Positions 1 through 6,365 of a stretch of 18,760 bases of DNA are shown piece by piece. The position numbers were made by a program, and so were the translations under genes. Every line of letters starts with the position of its first letter. The first letter of the stretch is position 1. The notes below the pieces were generated by a model. That model did no database searches, was not told the DNA's origin, and saw only the letters and a program-made list of their open reading frames with translations. This stretch comes from Pseudobdellovibrionaceae bacterium (lineage in GTDB: Bacteria; Bdellovibrionota; Bdellovibrionia; Bdellovibrionales; Bdellovibrionaceae): contig JBIKLL010000056.1 in assembly GCA_044359815.1 (NCBI GenBank), forward strand, positions 1-18,760, in the 5' to 3' direction.

Positions 1-1
1 G

Positions 2-532
2 GGATCACCAACAACAGAAGCCTTGAAGGCCTCTGAAAAACTGTTAGCCATGGGAATATACGCCAATGTGATTGTAGTGACTTCGCCTGATTTGCTGTGT
101 GGTATTTTGGGTCACGAATCTGAGTTCAGTTACCTGCGAAATGATTTAAACATTAATGGCGATCTGATCGTTAGGCCTCAGACTGAACTGAACGGTCATG
201 AATTTGTAACGGTCTCTGGAAAGCGAGTGCCAATTGTTTCTGTTCACGACGGTGAAATTGGATTGTTAGACAATTTGGGATCCATCGTGGGAGTCAGACA
301 GGAAGCCTTGGCTGTGGTGAAACATTCCAAGTGCGGAAAGCCTTCTGAAGTTTACAAATACCATCACATCGATGAGGCTTCGATCATTGAAGCTTGTGGT
401 AAAGTGCTTTCTGAAACTGCTCTAGAAGAAGTCAAAGTTTCCAGATCCGTCTTGGGTGAAGCAGAGCTAAAACCCAAAGAAGCGGCAAAATGGACTGACC
501 TTTGGCCATTGAATCCCGAAAGACGGCACTAG
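2..532 (+). CDS. C-terminal part of a pyruvate dehydrogenase E1 (AceE-type)/transketolase-like ThDP enzyme; 5' partial
   Basis: The frame is open from base 2 (GSPTTEALKASEKLLAMGIYANVIVVTSPDLL), so the TTG at 23 is not a real start. The segments 'EAL.A.E.L...GI.A.V..VTS' and 'VHDG...G...EVY.YH.ID...I' match the AceE/transketolase C-terminal domain. Stop TAG at 530-532. Confidence 0.75.
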   Translation, partial: GSPTTEALKASEKLLAMGIYANVIVVTSPDLLCGILGHESEFSYLRNDLNINGDLIVRPQTELNGHEFVTVSGKRVPIVSVHDGEIGLLDNLGSIVGVRQEALAVVKHSKCGKPSEVYKYHHIDEASIIEACGKVLSETALEEVKVSRSVLGEAELKPKEAAKWTDLWPLNPERRH

Positions 533-538
533 ATTTTT

Positions 539-1258
539 GTGAAATCACTGAGCCAGTTTAAATCAGATCAAAGAAAATCAGAAACCCAGATTTTGTTTGT
601 ACCTTTTTTTGGCGCGCATCGAGGGGCCTTGCAACGGCATGTGGAATTTGTGAATGGTCTTGGATTTGACTGTTATGCCATAAAGCTAAGGGACAGTTTT
701 GTTCCCAAGTTTGATCATTATTTTACGTCAGATCTGCGATTTGGCAAAAAACATGTGTGGACCGAGCAAATTGAATCAGCGCTTAACTTTATCAAGGGAC
801 CAAAAATTGTTTTTTCATTCTCAAACCCCACTGCCAGTGCCATCCAGGCAATTTCCAGACGCAACGCCAACGATATCAAAGCCCTGATTTGTGATGGTGG
901 ACCTGCAGAAAATTTTGTTGAATCGTTTGAAAACTATTTTTTGCATGAAATGCCGATTAAAAATCCTCTTTTGCGAACTACCGCTGCAAAATCCATTTCT
1001 TTACTGTGGCATCATCGCTTGGCCCACAGTGTGCATCAGGATTTAAATTTGATTCCTGAAGGTTTCAAGATTTTATCTATCAGGGGATGGCAGGATAAAT
1101 TAATCACTCCCGAAATGATCGATTTGATTTTTCAACCACACGCCAATTTAGACTGGCGAAAACTTTCATTGCCGAAGGCGGGTCATTTAAATGGTCTTAA
1201 GGACTTTAAAGGTGATTATGAACCTGTCGTTGCTGATTTTTTGAAAGAGGTTCAATGA
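539..1258 (+). CDS. Alpha/beta-hydrolase-fold protein, DUF829/TMEM53-like
   Basis: GTG start 6 nt after the upstream stop. Nucleophile-elbow-like 'IVFSFSN' (cf. DUF829 'H.FSNGG'), 'ALICDGGP', acid residue in 'RGWQDKLI' and His in 'KAGHLNG', in alpha/beta-hydrolase order. Confidence 0.65.
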   Translation: MKSLSQFKSDQRKSETQILFVPFFGAHRGALQRHVEFVNGLGFDCYAIKLRDSFVPKFDHYFTSDLRFGKKHVWTEQIESALNFIKGPKIVFSFSNPTASAIQAISRRNANDIKALICDGGPAENFVESFENYFLHEMPIKNPLLRTTAAKSISLLWHHRLAHSVHQDLNLIPEGFKILSIRGWQDKLITPEMIDLIFQPHANLDWRKLSLPKAGHLNGLKDFKGDYEPVVADFLKEVQ

Positions 1259-1884
1259 AGCAGTGGGAAGAAATTTTTAAACACAGATTACAGCAAGAGC
1301 CTCTGGGTGATGATCCGGCTCACGATTTTTTGCATTTTTTAAGAGTCGTTAAAACTGCAAAAATGCTTTGCCGTAAAGAAAAAGGAAATCTCAATATAGT
1401 CTTACCTGCCGCCTGGTTTCATGATTTGGTTAATGTTCCTAAAAATAGCCCACTCAGAAGCAAAGCTTCCCAATTGTCAGCTGAAAAAGCCCTGGAATTT
1501 TTGGAATCGGTAAACTATCCCCGGAAGTATTTTGATGAAATAAAGCACGCCATCGAGGCCCACAGTTTTAGTGCAAATATTCAACCCACAACATTAGAGG
1601 CCAAGATTGTGCAAGACGCCGACAGGTTGGATGGACTTGGAGCTATCGGTATTGCCAGAGGATTTGCAACAGCAGGAATTCTGAAAAGACCTTTTTACGA
1701 AATCAAAGACCCTTTTTGCAAAAAAAGACAGCCTGATGACATGAAATATACAATTGATCATTTTTATCAAAAGCTCTTTCAAACGGCCTATACGTTGAAA
1801 ACCAAAAGCGGCAAAGCCGAAGGCCGTAAGCGCACCCAGTTAATGAAAATTTATTTGAAGCAGTTGGGATTAGAAATCAAATAA
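1255..1884 (+). CDS. HD-domain metal-dependent phosphohydrolase (YedJ/YpgQ-like)
   Basis: Motifs 'AHDFLHFLRV', 'AAWFHD', 'AIEAHSFS', 'VQDADRLDGLGAIGIAR' and 'DHFYQKL'. ATGA overlap with the upstream gene. Confidence 0.92.
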   Translation: MKQWEEIFKHRLQQEPLGDDPAHDFLHFLRVVKTAKMLCRKEKGNLNIVLPAAWFHDLVNVPKNSPLRSKASQLSAEKALEFLESVNYPRKYFDEIKHAIEAHSFSANIQPTTLEAKIVQDADRLDGLGAIGIARGFATAGILKRPFYEIKDPFCKKRQPDDMKYTIDHFYQKLFQTAYTLKTKSGKAEGRKRTQLMKIYLKQLGLEIK

Positions 1885-1890
1885 ATTTCC

Positions 1891-1920
1891 TTGGCAGTTT
1901 TTAAAATTTACAGCTAAAGT
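1891..1920 (+). promoter_or_regulatory. Candidate sigma70-type promoter giving a leaderless transcript of the histone gene
   Basis: TTGGCA (1891-1896), 18-nt spacer, TAAAGT (1915-1920), then 6 nt to the ATG at 1927. No Shine-Dalgarno sequence in the 42-nt gap. Confidence 0.4.
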
Positions 1921-1926
1921 TTTTAA

Positions 1927-2403
1927 ATGCAAAATACTACAGACAAAGTTTGGCGCAAATGCAGTCGCTGCAAAAAAGACATCGAAAAAAACTCTAAATA
2001 TTACGAATGCAGTGTTACCACCTGCACTCATCCCAGAACCGGCTATGCTTTTTGTAGTGTAGGCTGTTGGGAAGCCCATGTTCCCGGTGCCAAACACCGT
2101 GATGCCGCAGCTATCGAAAAACGCGCACCCAATCTAACTTGGGATCCAGCGGGACCAGTGGCTGCACCGACCAGAAGGATCGCGGTCAATCAGCCGGAAG
2201 TCAGTTCATCCACTACAAAACTGCCCTTGGATGTTTTGGTTGTCGTTTCTAAAGTCAAAGATTACATCAAAGCCAAAGCTGACATGAACACATCAGATTC
2301 AGTCAAAGACTTGCTGTCTGAAAAAGTCCGTCAATTGTGCGACGACGCTATCGACAAGGCCCGCTCCGAGGGCCGAAAAACCGTCATGGACCGGGATTTT
2401 TAA
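1927..2403 (+). CDS. Bacterial histone with an N-terminal Cys6His2 (ZZ-like) zinc finger
   Basis: aa 102-158 (DVLVVVSKVKDYIKAKADMNTSDSVKDLLSEKVRQLCDDAIDKARSEGRKTVMDRDF) closely resemble the Bdellovibrio histone Bd0055 as I recall it, including the R-x-T-x4-D clamp (R150, T152, D157). The N-terminus has C12, C15, C28, C33, C43, C47, H51 and H57, followed by a Pro/Ala/Ser-rich linker. Confidence 0.9.
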   Translation: MQNTTDKVWRKCSRCKKDIEKNSKYYECSVTTCTHPRTGYAFCSVGCWEAHVPGAKHRDAAAIEKRAPNLTWDPAGPVAAPTRRIAVNQPEVSSSTTKLPLDVLVVVSKVKDYIKAKADMNTSDSVKDLLSEKVRQLCDDAIDKARSEGRKTVMDRDF

Positions 2404-2494
2404 TTAGCAAATTGGTTTAAGGCTTTTTTAAAATATTCATCCGAATTTTTGAAATACAAATTTAGCAACAGAATCCTGAGTCAGTTAGTAAAAA

Positions 2495-4141
2495 TCAGTT
2501 GTTCAGGTTTAGTTTGCGCATTTTCCACAACAGGTGCGCGATGTAGGGTCTGCGATTTTCTCCAGTCGTCACCATCAGCAGTTTTGTGATTTTAAGTGCT
2601 TCGGGGTCAGTGAACAATATTATCAGCATTTCTTGGATAAAATTTGTATTTAGGGTGATGTAGTTGTCAGTTCCCACGCCTAAGTTCATTCCCTTTTTTT
2701 CCCACCAAGAAAAAGGATGGTCTTTATAATCTTCAAATCGGCCTGTCAGTTTGTTGTTTGATGAAGGCAGTGATATCAAGTTTGCGCCTTTTTGAATCAT
2801 GCGATTTAAAACATCATGTTGATAATGCTCAACTTCGCGGGCGGTGTGAAATTTAGCTTTTACAAAATGTGTGTGCTCTTTGTCGTTAAGGGGGTTGCCC
2901 GCAAATAATTTATCCAAAACATATTTGTAGGGTCCCCAGTCCAACTCAATCAGTTCTTTGTATTCAGGATCAGCTGCAGTGATGGGTTTTCCAGCATAGT
3001 TTTTTTCAAAAATCGATTGGTAGATTTTGTGAAAATAAAAATTTGGATTAATCCCCAGGCTTAACCCATGTTCAACAGTGTCGATATGCCAAATATTCAT
3101 AGCATTATCCACAGCTTGGATTCCCTTTTTCAGTGTGTGAAATGTTTCTCCGTGATGGGATCTGATTTTAAATCCTCGGTATTGCAATTTCCGAAACCCG
3201 CGCTCAAATTCTTTGAAATGTTCTTTTCGGTACAGCTCGTTTTCGCTACCGACGGTGTCGACCTCGCAAACTATGCCTTGTAAATACGAATGATTGTCGA
3301 CCATCTTTACCAGGTCTTCAACTTGGGCTTCGAAATGTTCTTTTCGCGAGCTGTATTTTGTCGAATCAAAAAAAGTAGCTTCTTTACGAAAGCTGGGTGA
3401 CAGAATAAATTTAAATTTTGGATTTTGATCTTTAAATGTTTTAAATCCGTCATACAAACCTAAAACGACATCTTCACTGGTCAGGTTTTCACTGCCAGGA
3501 ACTTGATCAGCCGATGACGATGACGAACGCGACAGAGTGAATTTTAATCTGATGCTTCCGACATTAAATTTATTAAACAGTTCACTGGCGATGTGATAGG
3601 CGCACTCTGAATGAGCTTTGCGATCCACCAAAACCAGTTTTGGTAAATACAAAACGCTTAGGTATTTCATAAATCCTTCGCCGTCTTTGATGCGAATCAA
3701 TTTATCAACGTCTTCTACTGTTTTAATTGGCAAACAACTGCTGCCATAGTTTTCGACCAATTTCTTTTTGTAAATTTCCTTATGAGGTCCAGTCAGAAGC
3801 TCTTGAATTCTCGGAAATAAAAAATCCGCATTCAGTGATCCCGTTAAATGCAAATGATCGTCAGAAAATTTCAATGGAAAGTGTTTAAAAAACTCAAACA
3901 GTGCCTGCGAAAATTCATGGGCCAACAATTGCTGAATCTGCAGTTTGTTTTGCTGAAACTGTGATAATTGTTTTTGAAAATCCACAACAATTTCCCAGGC
4001 CCTGGGGGCTTCGCGCTTCAGAAATTCTGAATTCATCAATTTCAGAGTGTCAGACAGAGAAACACCATTGGTTTCACTGACAATTTTCATCAAATGTTTC
4101 ACAAGGATTTTATGTGTGATTTCGTCCAGTACGGGGTTCAT
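2495..4141 (-). CDS. Atypical adenosine/AMP deaminase-family amidohydrolase (548 aa)
   Basis: Metal and catalytic motifs in order: H96-L-H98 (HLHLTGSL), 'VDTVGSE', H329-x-x-E332 (SHHGE), H358 (EHG), 'LPSSN', 'HPF', D492 (GTDN). Extra N-terminal region of about 90 aa and an insertion of about 80 aa after H358. Confidence 0.85.
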   Translation of the reverse strand: MNPVLDEITHKILVKHLMKIVSETNGVSLSDTLKLMNSEFLKREAPRAWEIVVDFQKQLSQFQQNKLQIQQLLAHEFSQALFEFFKHFPLKFSDDHLHLTGSLNADFLFPRIQELLTGPHKEIYKKKLVENYGSSCLPIKTVEDVDKLIRIKDGEGFMKYLSVLYLPKLVLVDRKAHSECAYHIASELFNKFNVGSIRLKFTLSRSSSSSADQVPGSENLTSEDVVLGLYDGFKTFKDQNPKFKFILSPSFRKEATFFDSTKYSSRKEHFEAQVEDLVKMVDNHSYLQGIVCEVDTVGSENELYRKEHFKEFERGFRKLQYRGFKIRSHHGETFHTLKKGIQAVDNAMNIWHIDTVEHGLSLGINPNFYFHKIYQSIFEKNYAGKPITAADPEYKELIELDWGPYKYVLDKLFAGNPLNDKEHTHFVKAKFHTAREVEHYQHDVLNRMIQKGANLISLPSSNNKLTGRFEDYKDHPFSWWEKKGMNLGVGTDNYITLNTNFIQEMLIILFTDPEALKITKLLMVTTGENRRPYIAHLLWKMRKLNLNN

Positions 4142-4155
4142 GTCCCCAGGATAAC

Positions 4156-4728
4156 CTAACCGGCCTTAACTGGAAAGTATTGCAGCCATGTATTCGGGAC
4201 TTTTCCCAAGGCCAGTTCAAATTCTGCTGATGGCAGCCAATTAGGCATGCGAGGTTCTTTCATTAATGGCATTTTTGCTGATTGCGGAGTCCTGTTGGCT
4301 TTCTTTTGATTGCAATTTCGGCAGGCAGTAACGACATTTGTCCAGGACTTGGGACCATTCAATGATGCGGGCACGACGTGATCCAAGGTTAACTGTCTGT
4401 TGGGATGTGATTTGCCACAATATTGGCAGGTAAAATTATCGCGGATGTAAACGTTTTCTCGGCAAAACCGTACATGGGTTTGTGATCGCGGCCTTACATA
4501 AGTTTTTAATCTCATCACGCTGGGTAATTGAAAACTCATTCTGACTGAGCGAATATAAACGTCATGGTATTCAATGATTTCAACCTTGCCTTGAAACCAT
4601 AAAATCACGGCTTTTTGCCAATTAATAATTTTCATGGGTTCGTAGCTGACATTTAAAAGCAGTGATCTGGTAAAACCTCTCACTGTTTCGATACCTATAT
4701 GGTCGTCGGTGTCTGCTGCATCTAGCAT
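4156..4728 (-). CDS. HNH endonuclease (McrA-like, zinc-binding)
   Basis: 'RENVYIRDNFTCQYCG', 'LTLDHVVP', 'SWTNVVTACRNCNQKK' and the family N-terminus 'LLLNVSYEPM...W.KA'. The start is either ATG 4728 or GTG 4683 (preceded by AGGT). Ends 14 nt before the deaminase ATG. Confidence 0.93.
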   Translation of the reverse strand: MLDAADTDDHIGIETVRGFTRSLLLNVSYEPMKIINWQKAVILWFQGKVEIIEYHDVYIRSVRMSFQLPSVMRLKTYVRPRSQTHVRFCRENVYIRDNFTCQYCGKSHPNRQLTLDHVVPASLNGPKSWTNVVTACRNCNQKKANRTPQSAKMPLMKEPRMPNWLPSAEFELALGKVPNTWLQYFPVKAG

Positions 4729-4736
4729 CTACTATA

Positions 4737-4764
4737 GGATCGGCGGTTTTCAGCCCGTTTTCAA
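4737..4764 (-). promoter_or_regulatory. Weak candidate sigma28 (FliA)-type promoter for the HNH-deaminase operon
   Basis: Minus strand GCCGATCC (4744-4737; consensus GCCGATAA) lies 8 nt before ATG 4728. The -35 match is poor (TGAA at 15 nt). Confidence 0.3.
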
Positions 4765-4802
4765 GGCAGAAAATGCTTGAAATCACTGAATAAGAGTGAT
4801 TT
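4759..4802. repeat. Two adjoining inverted repeats in the divergent HNH/slyD intergenic region (possible operators)
   Basis: TTTCAAG (4759-4765)-N10-CTTGAAA (4776-4782) and AAATCACT (4780-4787)-N7-AGTGATTT (4795-4802). Confidence 0.4.
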
Positions 4803-4834
4803 ATGGATGCTCTAACAACAACTAAGGGAATCTC

Positions 4835-5302
4835 ATGCAAAAACGCGTTTTTTCGTTTAACTATACACTAAAAGACACAAAAGGCGCGGTACTGGACCAG
4901 TCTTCAGATGGACCTTTGGTATTCCTTGAGGGCGCAGGTCAGATCATCCCAGCGTTGGAAGCAAAAATTATCTTTATGAGTCCAGGCGACAAAACCAATG
5001 TTAAGTTAGCAGCCCAAGATGCCTATGGTTTACCTGATGAACGTTTGAAAATGGACGTTCCTAAAAAAGAATTGTCTCATATAGAGATTTCCATAGGATC
5101 GTTTTTACAGCTCCAATTGCAAGACCAACTAAAAGTCGTTCAAGTCACAAAAATCACAGATGACCTGGTTACTTTGGATGGCAATCATCCGTTGTCAGGT
5201 CAGGATTTGGAATTTGATATCGAAATGGTGTCTGTGCGCGAAGCTTCAAATGATGAAATCAAACATGGTCACGCACATGGTCCAGGGGGCCATCATCACT
5301 AA
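4835..5302 (+). CDS. slyD: FKBP-type peptidyl-prolyl isomerase, SlyD type
   Basis: 'YTLKD..G.VLD.S', 'PL.FL.GAGQIIPALE', 'DAYG', 'VTLDGNHPLSGQDL.F', and a His-rich tail HGHAHGPGGHHH. SD-like TAAGGG upstream. Confidence 0.93.
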   Translation: MQKRVFSFNYTLKDTKGAVLDQSSDGPLVFLEGAGQIIPALEAKIIFMSPGDKTNVKLAAQDAYGLPDERLKMDVPKKELSHIEISIGSFLQLQLQDQLKVVQVTKITDDLVTLDGNHPLSGQDLEFDIEMVSVREASNDEIKHGHAHGPGGHHH

Positions 5303-5784
5303 TGGCAAGTTTTGATATTGTTTCGGAAGTTAACCTGCAGGAAATCGACAACGCTATCAATCAAGCCCAAAAGGAAATTCTGAGTCGTTACGACTTTAAG
5401 GGTTCAAAAAGCGAAATTCAGTGGGATAAGAAAGAAATCACCATCCTAGGTGACGATGACTACAAAATGCAGGCAATGAAAGACATTGTTCAATCGAAAC
5501 TGCACCGGCGCGGCATCGATATAAGGGCCATCGAATTTAAGGACATCGAGCCTGCGGGTGGTCAAATGCAACGGCAAAAGGCGATTATAAAGCAAGGCAT
5601 TGAAAAAGAAGCTGCTAAAGAAATTATTAAGCATTTGAAGGAAACTAAACTAAAGGTTCAGCCACAAATTATGGACGACAAAATCCGTGTTACGTCCAAA
5701 AGTATAGACGAGCTTCAAGAAACCATAGCAATATTGAAAGTTAAAAACTTTGGATTGCCATTGCAGTTTATAAACTTCCGATAG
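5302..5784 (+). CDS. yajQ: YajQ-family nucleotide/cyclic-di-GMP-binding protein
   Basis: 'MASFDIVSEV', 'RYDFKGS', 'KQGI', 'KLKVQ..I..D.IRVT.K..D.LQ' and C-terminal 'LPLQFINFR'. TAATG overlap with slyD. Confidence 0.95.
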   Translation: MASFDIVSEVNLQEIDNAINQAQKEILSRYDFKGSKSEIQWDKKEITILGDDDYKMQAMKDIVQSKLHRRGIDIRAIEFKDIEPAGGQMQRQKAIIKQGIEKEAAKEIIKHLKETKLKVQPQIMDDKIRVTSKSIDELQETIAILKVKNFGLPLQFINFR

Positions 5785-5949
5785 GACCTTTAGTACTGCG
5801 CCATATAAGTTATTCAAACTAAGAATTAGACTTTTCGTTAAGTTTAACATTTGTTATGTTGGTTAAGTTCCGTGTTCGTTTCCTATTATGTGCTTTTGCC
5901 TTTGGAAATGTTCTCGAGAAACGCCCTAGGTTTTTTTGAAGGAGGTTCC

Positions 5950-6285
5950 ATGGGTAAAAAGTTATATGTAGGTAATCTTCCCTACTCAATCGATGATCAG
6001 GCATTAACTTCTGAATTTTCAAAATTCGGAACAGTTACGTCTGCAAAAGTTATTACTGACCGTGAAACAGGTCGCAGCAAAGGTTTCGGTTTCGTTGAAA
6101 TGGAAACTGATGATCAAGCTGAAAGCGCGATTTCACAATTGAATGGTCAGCCAATGGGCGGAAGAAACATTAATGTTTCTGAAGCTAAGCCCCAAACAGA
6201 TCGTCCCCGCGGTGGTGGTGGTCGATTCGGTGGTGGCGGCGGCGGTCGCGACGGTGGATTCCGTGGCAATCGTGGTCCAAGATAA
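5950..6285 (+). CDS. Single-RRM RNA-binding protein with a Gly/Arg-rich tail (Rbp type)
   Basis: The real start is ATG 5950 after AAGGAGGT (5939-5946), not the track's 5851. RNP2 'LYVGNL', RNP1 'KGFGFVEM', and tail RPRGGGGRFGGGGGGRDGGFRGNRGPR. Confidence 0.95.
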   Translation: MGKKLYVGNLPYSIDDQALTSEFSKFGTVTSAKVITDRETGRSKGFGFVEMETDDQAESAISQLNGQPMGGRNINVSEAKPQTDRPRGGGGRFGGGGGGRDGGFRGNRGPR

Positions 6286-6317
6286 TTCTAGATATTAGAT
6301 ACTATACTTAGACAATT

Positions 6318-6365
6318 AAAGCCTTTATGATTTTTTAACTATGATCATAAAGGCTTTTTTCTTTT
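6318..6365 (+). terminator. Intrinsic terminator after the RRM gene, overlapping the tesA start
   Basis: Perfect 14-bp inverted repeat AAAGCCTTTATGAT (6318-6331) / ATCATAAAGGCTTT (6344-6357) with a 12-nt loop, running into TTTTTTCTTTT (6355-6365). Confidence 0.65.

Noticed and set aside
2404..2494. Bidirectional terminator or sRNA between the convergent histone and deaminase genes
   Set aside because: AT-rich 91-nt gap with no convincing stem found by eye.
2495..4728. Canonical RADAR or CRISPR-associated (Cad1) deaminase system
   Set aside because: No RdrA-like P-loop ATPase, CARF domain, cas genes or array in the window. The only ATPase is an ABC transporter subunit.
4156..4728. HNH as Cas9/IscB, homing endonuclease or mobile element
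   Set aside because: Only about 190 aa, with no RuvC motifs, intron/intein context, terminal repeats or room for an adjacent ncRNA.
5851..5949. 33-aa hydrophobic N-terminal extension of the RRM protein in the ORF track
   Set aside because: A perfect SD precedes ATG 5950, and MGKKLYVGNL is the normal family start.
6211..6246. GGT/GGC trinucleotide runs as a DNA repeat or contingency locus
   Set aside because: They are in-frame glycine codons of the Gly-rich tail with mixed codons.
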